Source of the DNA: a virus
Lineage: Duplodnaviria; Heunggongvirae; Uroviricota; Caudoviricetes
IMG/VR virus record: IMGVR_UViG_2529292883_000006
Reading direction: 5' to 3' (one strand)
DNA: 40,402 nucleotides
The notes under the pieces are model-generated. The model was given only the letters and a program-made list of their open reading frames with translations, had not been told where the DNA came from and searched no databases. Every line of letters starts with the position of its first letter. Within the stretch, counting starts at the first letter, position 1. The position numbers were made by a program, and so were the translations under genes. Shown here piece by piece: positions 8,590 to 17,759 of this stretch.

Positions 8590-11426
8590 GTGAGTTTGCA
8601 TGGAGCTGGAATGAACCACGGCCAGCCATTGATCCGGCCAGATTTACGGAGCGCAGGCAGGAAACTGAAACCGACCTGCAACGCGCCATCCGTTACTACC
8701 TTGAGGCAGACAAAAAGGCCCAGGAAGAACAGGAAGCGAAAGAGGAAGCCTTTTTCGCACAATCCGCCATGGGTAAAAAACTCATGGCATCCCTTGAGGA
8801 AGCCGGACAGCGTGAAGAGCTGGCACAAAGCATCATCAGCAAGCGTCAGGCAACAGAACAAGACCCGGTGGCCCGTGCTTTTGCCACACTGAAGGTGCTT
8901 CCCGTTTATCTGCGTGAACCACTGAGCCGCCGCCTCTCTTTTTTACGTAAGAAGCAGGAATCTGACCGCCAGAAAGGCAAAAAGAGTCGACCAGCAGAGG
9001 GCTACGCACGCGGAACCCTGCGCAAAATATTCGAACGTCTGGATCGCACTGACGGGCGCTGGCTGACACCGGGTTATCGCTCCCTTGCCGGACGCGAACG
9101 CCTGGACGATTTGCTTTACCTGCCGCAGCTCAACAAACACCAGATACAGACGCTGGCCACCATGACGGCGGCGATGTTCAGCAGCACCTTCGAAAAACTC
9201 TGCGATGGCTTTGGCGCGACCGATGGCGAACTGACCATGGATGTAACGCTGAAGGCGTATCAGATGCTGGCCCGCATGGCGTTACACCTGCACGCCATGC
9301 CTCCACATTATGACGCACTGACAACAGACAAAGACCAGAGGAACGAACCGGACACGGAGCTGCTGCCGGGCGCAATCCTTCGCCTGACCTGTGCAGAATG
9401 GTGGAAACGCAAACTGTGGCTGTTACGTTGCGAGTGGAGAGAAGAACAACTCCGCGCCGCCTGTCTGGTTTCCAGAAAAACATCGCCCTATCTGAGCCAG
9501 GACGCGTTAAGCGAGTTTCGCGCACAGCGCGAGAAAACACGCGATTTCCTGAAAAGTTTCATGCTGGAAAATGAAGACGGGTTCACGATTGATCTCGAGA
9601 CGGTGTATTACGCGGGAGTAAGTAACCCGGTTCACCGTAAGGCAGAAATGATGGCCACCATGAAGGGGCTGGAACTTCTGGCCGAAGCCCGTGGCGACAA
9701 AGCGGTGTTTCTGACTGTCACCTGCCCGTCAAAATACCACGCCACAACAGAGAACGGTCATCCGAATCCCAAATGGAACGGGGCCACCATGCGCGACTCC
9801 AGCGATTACCTGGTTAACACGTTTTTTGCGGCGGTCCGCAAAAAACTGAACCGCGACGGTCTTCGCTGGTATGGCATCCGCACGGTGGAGCCTCACCATG
9901 ACGGCACCGTGCACTGGCATATGATGGTCTTTGCTCATCCGGAAGAAATCGACAGCATCGTGGCCATCACCCGCGATATTGCCATTCAGGAAGACCGCCA
10001 CGAGCTGGGCAATGATATTACTCCGCGCTTTAAGGCAGAGTACGTCGACGGTTCGAAAGGTACGCCGACCAGCTACATCGCCACCTACATCGGAAAGAAC
10101 CTGGACAGCCGCGCCGTGGATGGCATTGACCCGAAAACAGGCAAACCGCGCATCGACGACGAATCAGGAAAGACGATGGCAGAAAGCGTGGAACGCGCCA
10201 TCGGCTGGGCGCGCCTTCACCGGGTCCGCCAGTTCCAGTTCTTTGGCATCCCTTCCCGTCAGGTGTGGCGTGAACTGCGCCGCCTTGCCTGTCAGATGGC
10301 ACGTAACCCACAGGGACCGCAACGTCTGGAAAATGACGCAATGGATGCGGTTCTTGCTGCCGCTGATGCCGGATGTTTTGCCACCTACATAGAGAAACAG
10401 GGCGGCGTGCTTGTTCCACGCAAAGACTACCTGATTCGCACCGCCTACGACCTCGCAGATGAACTGAACGATTACGGCGAGCAGAGTGTACAGATTTACG
10501 GGATCTGGTCGCCGCTCATCGGGGAGTCTTCCCGCGTGTGCACGCACCCGGATAACTGGAAGCTGGTAAGACGTAAACCGGAAGCGGAAGACAGCGCCCG
10601 CGAAAATGGTTTTGACCTTCAGGGCGGCCCTGCCGCCCCTTGGACTCGTGGCAATAACTGTCCCCGTGTACAGGAAACGGACAACAACGGGACAGAACAG
10701 CCGGAAGAACGGCCAGCACCGTGGCCGCAGCTCCCTGACGGCGTTGAAGTGAACGAATGGATGCGCTCACTGAAACGGCACGAACGCCGGGCGCTGATGC
10801 GTTCGCTGCGTGACAAACAGGCAAAAAACAGCAGTGATGAAATGCAGAGCTGGACACAGAGCCACAAACAGCCGCGACCTTTGCCTGATAACCACGAGTT
10901 ACTCGCTAAAGAATGGCGGGAGTCTGCCGAATCTCTCGGCCTGCATATCGGTGAACAGCAGATGCAGCACCTGTTACGGGGCGGCAGCCTGTACGTTGAC
11001 GGCAGCATCATTGCACCGCAGGGATTTGAAATTGTACGCAAACCGGATACCCGCCCGGACAGCCGAATCACGCAGCTCTGGCAACGCCTGAGCCGTAATC
11101 ACGGCGTAAGCAGCACGGAGATCCGCCATAACCCGGTCGCCGGCTATCTGGAGCAGCTGGGGGCATCAGACCCCGAAGCCGCCGCACGCCTGGCATCCAC
11201 ACTTCAGCAGGACCAGAACACCATGAAAACCCCCGTTACCGTGCTTTCTGACATGTTGCGCGCCATCCGTGACGCAGAGCACGCACAGAGAATCAGTGAA
11301 ACCACTGAACGCGCCCACCGCAAAGCAGACCTGCTGCGGGGTAGCCTGACCAGTGGAAACAAAAAACAGACAGAAACGGGATTCACAAATCCCGTAAATG
11401 AGCAAAAAACGTGCCGCGATATATGA
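8586..11426 (+). CDS. Rolling-circle replication initiator (P2 gpA-like HUH endonuclease), 946 aa
   Basis: HUH motif (GTVHWHMMVF) and paired catalytic tyrosines (SYIATYIGK). Position corresponds to P2 gene A. The start at 8586 is chosen from translational coupling. Confidence 0.85.
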   Translation: MSEFAWSWNEPRPAIDPARFTERRQETETDLQRAIRYYLEADKKAQEEQEAKEEAFFAQSAMGKKLMASLEEAGQREELAQSIISKRQATEQDPVARAFATLKVLPVYLREPLSRRLSFLRKKQESDRQKGKKSRPAEGYARGTLRKIFERLDRTDGRWLTPGYRSLAGRERLDDLLYLPQLNKHQIQTLATMTAAMFSSTFEKLCDGFGATDGELTMDVTLKAYQMLARMALHLHAMPPHYDALTTDKDQRNEPDTELLPGAILRLTCAEWWKRKLWLLRCEWREEQLRAACLVSRKTSPYLSQDALSEFRAQREKTRDFLKSFMLENEDGFTIDLETVYYAGVSNPVHRKAEMMATMKGLELLAEARGDKAVFLTVTCPSKYHATTENGHPNPKWNGATMRDSSDYLVNTFFAAVRKKLNRDGLRWYGIRTVEPHHDGTVHWHMMVFAHPEEIDSIVAITRDIAIQEDRHELGNDITPRFKAEYVDGSKGTPTSYIATYIGKNLDSRAVDGIDPKTGKPRIDDESGKTMAESVERAIGWARLHRVRQFQFFGIPSRQVWRELRRLACQMARNPQGPQRLENDAMDAVLAAADAGCFATYIEKQGGVLVPRKDYLIRTAYDLADELNDYGEQSVQIYGIWSPLIGESSRVCTHPDNWKLVRRKPEAEDSARENGFDLQGGPAAPWTRGNNCPRVQETDNNGTEQPEERPAPWPQLPDGVEVNEWMRSLKRHERRALMRSLRDKQAKNSSDEMQSWTQSHKQPRPLPDNHELLAKEWRESAESLGLHIGEQQMQHLLRGGSLYVDGSIIAPQGFEIVRKPDTRPDSRITQLWQRLSRNHGVSSTEIRHNPVAGYLEQLGASDPEAAARLASTLQQDQNTMKTPVTVLSDMLRAIRDAEHAQRISETTERAHRKADLLRGSLTSGNKKQTETGFTNPVNEQKTCRDI

Positions 11427-11471
11427 AGCGCGCACAAAACAGGCAAAAGCGGGATTTAAAAATCCTGTAAA
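11374..11471. repeat. Two ~25-bp imperfect palindromic repeats (aaacgggattcacaaatcccgtaaa / aagcgggatttaaaaatcctgtaaa); candidate centromere (parC-like) or origin-associated site
   Basis: Two copies ~70 bp apart. The first lies in the last codons of gene A, the second in the A-parM intergenic region. Each has internal dyad symmetry. Confidence 0.4.
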
Positions 11472-11502
11472 CGATTAATTAATCAACATAAGGAAAAGCG
11501 AC

Positions 11503-12462
11503 ATGAAAATTTGTATCGACGACGGCTCCACCAACATCAAGCTGGCATGGACTGAGAACGGCGAACGCCGCAACGCCATCAGCCCGAACAGCTTCAAGTC
11601 GGAATGGTCTGCGCCGTTCGGTGGCACGCAGCCCGCGAACTACATGCTTGATGGCGTGCGCTATGGTTTTGATCCGGTCAGCGATCGCTTTGTCCAGACG
11701 ACCGACACGCAATACCAGTACAGCGATGTGAATGTCATCGCCGTTCATCACGCGCTGGTCAAATCAGGCATCACGCCACAGGAGGTGGATGTGGTTGTCA
11801 CCCTGCCACTGAGCGAGTATTTCGACACAAACGCACAACCGGACATGGCCAACATCAACCGCAAAAAAGCGAACGTTATGCGCCCGGTGGAGTACCAGAA
11901 CGGCGAGGCATTCACTATCCGTAACGTGCGGGTTATGCCTGAATCCATTCCGGCTGGCTTTAAAGCACTGGCTGACATGAGTCCGTTTGAATCCCTGCTG
12001 ATTGTGGATTTGGGCGGAACCACGCTGGATGTGGCAAAGGTTCAGGGGCAACTGGCAGGTATCAGCCAGGTGTTTTGCGATCCACACGTAGGCGTTTCTC
12101 TGATGGCCGATGCCGTGCTGTCGGTGATGGCCACCAACGGTATGCGCACCAGTCACCACATCGCCAATACCATTATCGAACATCGCCACGATGAAGCCTG
12201 GCTGCGCCAGCACATCCACAATGACGCGCATTACGCCAGTCTGATGGCAGTTATTCGTGAAAAGGAGGAAACACTGAAACAACGCGTGATCCGCGCGCTG
12301 GCGGGTTTTTCGGGTTACGGGCGGGTGATGGTTGTCGGTGGAGGAGCGGAGATTGTGGCACCCGCTATCCGCGAAGCCTGCGGAGTTAATGCGACTTTCA
12401 TCGCGGACGGGGTGCCACAGTTTGCTCTGGTTAATGGGCTGTACGCAATGGACAAGGAGTAA
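11503..12462 (+). CDS. parM: Actin-like segregation ATPase, ParM/StbA family
   Basis: 319 aa. Translation begins MKICIDDGSTNIKLAW and carries ISPNSFK, YSDVNVIAVHHAL, VMPESIPAG, DLGGTTLD, GGGAE and LVNGLY motifs, which align along the whole length with plasmid R1 ParM as I recall it. Confidence 0.85.
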   Translation: MKICIDDGSTNIKLAWTENGERRNAISPNSFKSEWSAPFGGTQPANYMLDGVRYGFDPVSDRFVQTTDTQYQYSDVNVIAVHHALVKSGITPQEVDVVVTLPLSEYFDTNAQPDMANINRKKANVMRPVEYQNGEAFTIRNVRVMPESIPAGFKALADMSPFESLLIVDLGGTTLDVAKVQGQLAGISQVFCDPHVGVSLMADAVLSVMATNGMRTSHHIANTIIEHRHDEAWLRQHIHNDAHYASLMAVIREKEETLKQRVIRALAGFSGYGRVMVVGGGAEIVAPAIREACGVNATFIADGVPQFALVNGLYAMDKE

Positions 12463-12466
12463 ATCA

Positions 12467-12781
12467 ATGACGACACCAACCAGACGGATAAGTTTCTATC
12501 TGAAGCCCGCCGTCGTCAAGAGCGAACGGGAGGCGTGCAGCTACCTCGACAGCCTGCCAGCCTCCGAACGCAGCCGCGCACAACGCGCGGCTTTTCTGGC
12601 CGGACTGGCTCTTATAAAACGCACCCCCGCGTTGGCGTATTCGCTGGCAGAATGGTCAGAAGACGAAATACGGATGCCACCGCTACCAGTACAGCCTGAA
12701 AAACCGGCGCAACCAGCAGCAGACAGCGCCCCCCATATGCAGCAGGTGAAAAAGAATATTCAGGCGTTTTTCCCGAAGTGA
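12467..12781 (+). CDS. parR: ParR/StbB-like centromere-binding adaptor
   Basis: 104 aa immediately downstream of parM with an AGGAG RBS. The N-terminus RISFYLKP...SERSRAQRAAFLAGLAL resembles the R1 ParR ribbon-helix-helix region. Confidence 0.7.
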   Translation: MTTPTRRISFYLKPAVVKSEREACSYLDSLPASERSRAQRAAFLAGLALIKRTPALAYSLAEWSEDEIRMPPLPVQPEKPAQPAADSAPHMQQVKKNIQAFFPK

Positions 12782-12795
12782 AAACAGGAGTAACT

Positions 12796-13083
12796 ATGTC
12801 CACCATTACCAAAGAATGGTTACAACGTAAAATCACAGAGTTTAAATCGTGGCGCGAAGACATCCCGTTCGGTCTTGATGAAGACGATCACAATATGTTA
12901 ATCGCACTGGAAATCGCACTTGCATCACTGGAAGCAGAGCCAGTGGCATGGATGCACGCAAATAATCCTATTGGAATACCGGCGATAACAAGAAGTAAAG
13001 ATGTTGCAGACAGCTGGCGCTCTAAGGGATGGAATGTATTGCCTCTTTATTCACTGACCCGCTCCATCAATTTATGCCATTAA
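12796..13083 (+). CDS. Hypothetical small protein (95 aa), lower GC than surrounding genes
   Basis: ORF with AGGAG RBS 5 nt before the ATG. Coupled to the downstream Rrf2 gene. Confidence 0.5.
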   Translation: MSTITKEWLQRKITEFKSWREDIPFGLDEDDHNMLIALEIALASLEAEPVAWMHANNPIGIPAITRSKDVADSWRSKGWNVLPLYSLTRSINLCH

Positions 13084-13094
13084 TGGAAGTAATC

Positions 13095-13454
13095 ATGATG
13101 AAAGATAATTCCGGAAGCCAGCGTGCATCAGTTGCAGTTATGGTAATGATTAAATTTGTGAAACAGTACACCGGAAAGCCAATCTCGCTCCGGCAATTAA
13201 GCAAAGAAACCGTTTCACTGTCATATCTGGAGCAAATATTCAGATATTTACGGGAAAGTAGCCTGGTAAAAGCCACACGCGGCCCGGGTGGTGGATATAT
13301 CCCAACAAAAGAAAATTACAGTGTTGGTGATATTGTCCGGGCAATGAAATGTTCCGGATTATATACACAGCACGTTATTCTGGCTGCACTGGATAATATT
13401 TCTTTAACCAGCCTGCAGGAAGACACAAATTATCAGTTGTCTGCCATTAAATAA
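13095..13454 (+). CDS. Rrf2-family (IscR/NsrR-like) winged-helix transcriptional regulator
   Basis: Segment SLSYLEQIFRYLRESSLVKATRGPGGGYIPTKENYSVGDIVRAM matches the Rrf2 HTH signature (compare IscR [33 protein letters not shown]). AT-rich codon usage. Confidence 0.8.
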   Translation: MMKDNSGSQRASVAVMVMIKFVKQYTGKPISLRQLSKETVSLSYLEQIFRYLRESSLVKATRGPGGGYIPTKENYSVGDIVRAMKCSGLYTQHVILAALDNISLTSLQEDTNYQLSAIK

Positions 13455-13457
13455 GAA

Positions 13458-13502
13458 AACCCGGAACGGGTGCGCAAATTCTTTGTGCGCCCGTTCCGGG
13501 TT
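13458..13502. terminator. Bidirectional stem-loop terminator between convergent genes
   Basis: 16-bp stem cccggaacgggtgcgca / tgcgcccgttccggg. T-run on the minus-strand side. Confidence 0.55.
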
Positions 13503-13522
13503 GGACAAGCGAAGCGCGTCAG

Positions 13523-13780
13523 CTATCCGGCCTGCAACAACTCCAGAGCCATTTGTTTTTCTTCCGGACGCATCCGCTCAATCAACAGCTTTAACACACC
13601 ATTCTCCAGCCCGCTGGGCACCAGTGTGTGCGAGTAGGTCAGATTCATCACCCAGGTATGTCCGCACTCGAGACGGGTGCAACGGTAATAAACATCTGCA
13701 AAGCGATCATCTTTCCAGAAGGTCTTCTCAATCACTGCGCGTTCACCACAGCAAAAACATCGCGCTTTTTGTCTGCGCAT
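13523..13780 (-). CDS. Ogr/Delta-family zinc-finger late-gene activator (start uncertain, ORF extends to 13849)
   Basis: C-x2-C ... C-x4-C arrangement (CFCCGERA...YYRCTRLECGH) typical of Ogr/B/Delta. It lies directly downstream of the portal gene on the minus strand. Confidence 0.65.
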   Translation of the reverse strand: MRRQKARCFCCGERAVIEKTFWKDDRFADVYYRCTRLECGHTWVMNLTYSHTLVPSGLENGVLKLLIERMRPEEKQMALELLQAG

Positions 13781-13845
13781 TTTCCACCTCCCAGAGCAGC
13801 GTTTTCCTGCAGCTGATTTTACCTGCTCTTTTCGCATGTCGCACA

Positions 13846-14880
13846 TCACTCCGGGGGCTCATCAAATTCAAGAATAAATTTCACCTCCCCCAGTCGCCTG
13901 ATATCCGGGTCACTGTTGATTCCCTCCATAATCAGGCGGCGCATCGGAATAACCTCATCCCTGTAATATGCCTCGCGGGATTTCAGTGGGTCACCAAGCC
14001 CGGCCGTATTTGCGGGAATGATGCCGGCAAGTCCGGGTGGGAAACGGTGCGCAACGAGCTGATCCTGGGCACTGATGGTTTTTATATTCAGGAACTCATC
14101 TTTTGTACCTGAATCCCCGATAGGGATCACCTTAACGCCTTCTTTGTCTCCGCCCGGTATATTGATAAACATGGATTTAAAATTGCCCGCCCCTTTTGAC
14201 GCCTCTATCTTTTTACGGAATTCCGCCTCGAGCTCGGGATCCATGTCCGGGTCAGTGGAATACAGGATATAACCAAGATGTGCGCCGTTCTTGTAATACT
14301 TGCGGCGAAAGCGGGTGGCATCCACATTCAGCATGGCGGATTCCATCCCGTGAATATAATCCGGGACACCGTAAACCTGCTGTTGCGGGTCATAAATGGC
14401 CACGAACACCACTTCGCCTGGCGGGTAAACGAGATCTTCCAGTGCCGCCTGCACAATCACCGTGCCACCCTCGTTGTTACGCCGCAGGTACAGAGAAGGT
14501 AACGTATGCAGGCGCACCACTCGACCGAAGCCATTGCGCACTTTAAGCAACCCCATATCCCCGAATATCAGCAGATTGGTTACTGCTGCCGCCATGGCGG
14601 CGAGTGTCATACCACCACCACCCCGAAAACCCTGCATGATCATATTGACGCGCGCACGCAATACCGCGCCGTGATACGGTGCGATATTGGACAACATGGC
14701 GAGATCCATGCGCTCAATGGGCGGCGTGTACCAGCCGTTATAGCCATCCCAGAGCGAGCCGTAATAACAGCCCCATGCAGCGACCGGTTCCGGGTCACCA
14801 AATTCAATAAAAGTCATTTTGCTGGCTGTTTTTTTTGCCACGCCATCGTGTAACACGGGGTATTTTTTCTTTTTACTCAT
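13846..14880 (-). CDS. Portal protein (P2 gpQ-like)
   Basis: 344 aa, same length and position as P2 Q. Transcribed divergently from the scaffold/capsid genes. Confidence 0.9.
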   Translation of the reverse strand: MSKKKKYPVLHDGVAKKTASKMTFIEFGDPEPVAAWGCYYGSLWDGYNGWYTPPIERMDLAMLSNIAPYHGAVLRARVNMIMQGFRGGGGMTLAAMAAAVTNLLIFGDMGLLKVRNGFGRVVRLHTLPSLYLRRNNEGGTVIVQAALEDLVYPPGEVVFVAIYDPQQQVYGVPDYIHGMESAMLNVDATRFRRKYYKNGAHLGYILYSTDPDMDPELEAEFRKKIEASKGAGNFKSMFINIPGGDKEGVKVIPIGDSGTKDEFLNIKTISAQDQLVAHRFPPGLAGIIPANTAGLGDPLKSREAYYRDEVIPMRRLIMEGINSDPDIRRLGEVKFILEFDEPPE

Positions 14881-16660
14881 CTGACAGGATCCATGTTGAT
14901 TTGCGCTTGTGCTTATAGTTCAGGGGTTCATTACTTGCGGCATGAGCTATGGCAAAGAAGATGTCAGCGTGCCCGGTTTCTTCGCTACGTTCGGCGGTGA
15001 AAGTGACTTTATTGCCGCTGTTGGTGGATTCCTGACGAATGGCCAGGAACGATGCCGGAATATCCGTGGCTTCTTCATCCCACTCAATACGGTTGGCGTA
15101 AATCAGATCCAGCATCTTCATCACCAGGCGGTTTTTGGATTCCACGCTGTAATGAATGGCCACTGTTTCACGGCGGGCAAATCCCTGAACCAGCTCAAAG
15201 ACACCGTAGCCAAGACCGGTGACGTCAATGCCGATAAACGTCATGTTATAGCGTGCTTTAATGCTGCGTATACGCTCTGCCATAAACTGGAATGACATGC
15301 TGCGCCAGTGGTGTTTTTCCAGCACGCGGAATCGTTCTGCCGCAACCAGCGGCGGTGCCAGCACTACAAATGTGGCGTTATCGCCGGAGCGCGCAGGGTC
15401 AAAGCCGCCCCAAACCTCACGGTTACCAAATGGCATGGACTCTTCCGGGTGAAAATCCTCCCACGTACTGACATCAACACCACAACGCACAAGATCATCA
15501 AATTTAAAGACGCTCTCTTTGTCATCCACAAACACACACATAAACAGCATATTGAACGCTGTTTCGTTGTATCGCTCGCGCAGCTCGTTGATGTCAGCAA
15601 GGTTAAAGCCGCCGGCAATGGCATCTTCCAGCGTAACCACATAGCGCCACTGACCATCCGGACATTCACGCCCACCATCGCGCAGCTCATCAAAGGACGG
15701 AAACTCAACCCCTTTTCGTTTCGGATCGCCTTTGCGCCATTCATCGCCAGACCAGAACGGGTAACCCTGGTGTGTTTTGGATGACGGCGTGGAGAAATAG
15801 GTAATGCGCCAGTGTTTATGGGTGGCCATCCCTGACGCCACTTCATTGAGACGGCGAAAACCGGGGATCCACAGGTATTCATCAATATACAGGTGGCCGC
15901 TGTTTGACTGCGCTGTGTTACTGTTGGTCGCCAGAAAATACAGTTCAGCCAGATTACTTAACTTAACCGGATTGCCTTTAATGGGAATGCCAAACTCTGT
16001 TTGTGCAATTTTTACAATATAAGTACGGAACACTTCGGCCTGACGTTTTGATGCCGATAAAAATATCTGTGTGTCGCCGGTTAATACTGCATCTTCAAAT
16101 GCCTCAAACGCGAAGTAATACGTCGCCCCAATCTGGCGGGATTTAAGCAGGTTGCGTACACGGCGGAATTTGTTTTCACGCAGGAGCAACTGGTAAGTAA
16201 ACAACTTTTTCGTAAACGGCTCAAAACTTTCAGCAGTCAGTCCGGAAACGTCATTAGCTTTGCGGGGGCGCTCTTTCTTACCTGCACCTTTTTCTCCGCG
16301 TTCTTCTTTTCCATAACGACCAGACTGGGGAATATCCGCTCCCATTCGTTCAATCTCGGCCATTCGTTCCGTGTGCTTGTTCCTGACCGACATCAGTTTG
16401 ACGTGATGGCCAATCAGGCGATCGAGTTCATCGTGTTCTTCCGGCGTTTTATGATCACGCTCCGCCAGTACAGCGAGACGACGGGCGATAACATCCTCCA
16501 CGCCTTCAGTATTAAGCTGTGTGTACCACTCAAACTTTGTCGCCCAGTAATAAACAATTCGCGGGCTGTTCAGTCCGAGTTTCTTTTGTATTTCTTTTGG
16601 TGTGTGCCTTTTCAGATAGAGCGATTTTGCAGCAGCAATCACCTCATCAGAATACGCCAT
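14873..16660 (-). CDS. Terminase large (ATPase) subunit (P2 gpP-like)
   Basis: 595 aa, upstream of the portal on the same strand. P2-type head-gene arrangement. Confidence 0.9.
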   Translation of the reverse strand: MAYSDEVIAAAKSLYLKRHTPKEIQKKLGLNSPRIVYYWATKFEWYTQLNTEGVEDVIARRLAVLAERDHKTPEEHDELDRLIGHHVKLMSVRNKHTERMAEIERMGADIPQSGRYGKEERGEKGAGKKERPRKANDVSGLTAESFEPFTKKLFTYQLLLRENKFRRVRNLLKSRQIGATYYFAFEAFEDAVLTGDTQIFLSASKRQAEVFRTYIVKIAQTEFGIPIKGNPVKLSNLAELYFLATNSNTAQSNSGHLYIDEYLWIPGFRRLNEVASGMATHKHWRITYFSTPSSKTHQGYPFWSGDEWRKGDPKRKGVEFPSFDELRDGGRECPDGQWRYVVTLEDAIAGGFNLADINELRERYNETAFNMLFMCVFVDDKESVFKFDDLVRCGVDVSTWEDFHPEESMPFGNREVWGGFDPARSGDNATFVVLAPPLVAAERFRVLEKHHWRSMSFQFMAERIRSIKARYNMTFIGIDVTGLGYGVFELVQGFARRETVAIHYSVESKNRLVMKMLDLIYANRIEWDEEATDIPASFLAIRQESTNSGNKVTFTAERSEETGHADIFFAIAHAASNEPLNYKHKRKSTWILSDE

Positions 16661-16746
16661 AAATAAACCTCACCTGCTGATGCAATTTTAATTTATGCAT
16701 TTTCAGCAAAGGCTTTTTTAAAAACGAATATCGCTTTTCGGTATTT

Positions 16747-16770
16747 TTCGGATATATACGCATATCCGAA
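16747..16770. promoter_or_regulatory. Palindrome ttcggatat-N6-atatccgaa in the divergent P-O late promoter region; candidate activator site
   Basis: 9-bp inverted arms with a 6-bp spacer, located in the 194-bp intergenic region between divergent late operons. Confidence 0.35.
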
Positions 16771-16854
16771 AGTACCGGAAATTAATCAGATGACGACATT
16801 TTCATTTCTCCGTTAAATAACGCCAGTTTAATTTTTATCAGCGGGTTAATTCAG

Positions 16855-17745
16855 ATGTCGAAACTGAAAACAGACTGGGTGGTCGTAGCCACTTCAGGCC
16901 CCACCATCGACGGTCGGGAAATTGATCCAAAGTGGCTGACGGATGCTGCCGAGGTTTATAACCCGGACGAACACACCGCCATGCTCTGGCCGTTTCATGC
17001 CAGCGCCGGCTGGCGTGCTTTCACCAATAACTATGGTCTTGTTGATGCACTGAAGGCGGAAAAAGTCGGCGATAAAGTGCAGCTGAAAGCCCGCCTGATA
17101 CCCAACCGCTTTCTGACCGAAGCCAACGAGGCCGGGCAAAAACTTTTCACCTCCATAGAGGTAAAGGAAAACTACCTGGGAACAGGCAAATTCTTTGTAT
17201 CCGGTATCGCCGTGACTGACACACCGGCCAGCATCAACACCACACGCCTGCAATTTTCGCAGGGAGACTCCATTCACATGGGAAATGCAGAAGAACTGAA
17301 TTTCACGCTGCAGTCTGACGACGAGCAGGCCAAACGCAGTTTCTTTTCCGGCCTTTTCTCCGTGGGACGCAACAAACAGGAAAACGACATGAACGAAAAA
17401 CAGTTCGGTCAGTTGATGGACGCCATCAACAAAACCGGCGAACGCCTGAACAAACTGGAAGAAAACGTCGCGCAGTTCAGCGCGAAGGATGCCCCGAAAG
17501 ATACCGGTGATAACAAGCCGGAAGGCAGCACCGGCGATCAGGGGCAGGACAACGCAGAACAGAACAACAAGGACGACAAAACCTTCACGCTGACCACCGA
17601 GCAGGGCGAAAAGCTGTTCTCCACAGTGAACGCCATCGCGGAGAAGGTTACCAGTATGGAAACCGCATTTGCTGAACTCAGCAAGGATGCCACCAAACTG
17701 CCGGGCAACAATCCGGCCGGTGGCGAAACTTTTAACCTGGTGTAA
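16855..17745 (+). CDS. Capsid scaffolding protein (P2 gpO-like)
   Basis: 296 aa. Motifs ALKAEK and GIAVTDTPAS resemble P2 O. It sits directly upstream of the major capsid gene. Confidence 0.85.
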   Translation: MSKLKTDWVVVATSGPTIDGREIDPKWLTDAAEVYNPDEHTAMLWPFHASAGWRAFTNNYGLVDALKAEKVGDKVQLKARLIPNRFLTEANEAGQKLFTSIEVKENYLGTGKFFVSGIAVTDTPASINTTRLQFSQGDSIHMGNAEELNFTLQSDDEQAKRSFFSGLFSVGRNKQENDMNEKQFGQLMDAINKTGERLNKLEENVAQFSAKDAPKDTGDNKPEGSTGDQGQDNAEQNNKDDKTFTLTTEQGEKLFSTVNAIAEKVTSMETAFAELSKDATKLPGNNPAGGETFNLV

Positions 17746-17759
17746 CCGGAGAGAACGCA

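Noticed and set aside
13455-13850. Cohesive end (cos) site between the accessory islet and the portal gene, as in P2
   Set aside because: The P2 cos sequence as I recall it was not found by eye here. The position of cos remains undetermined.
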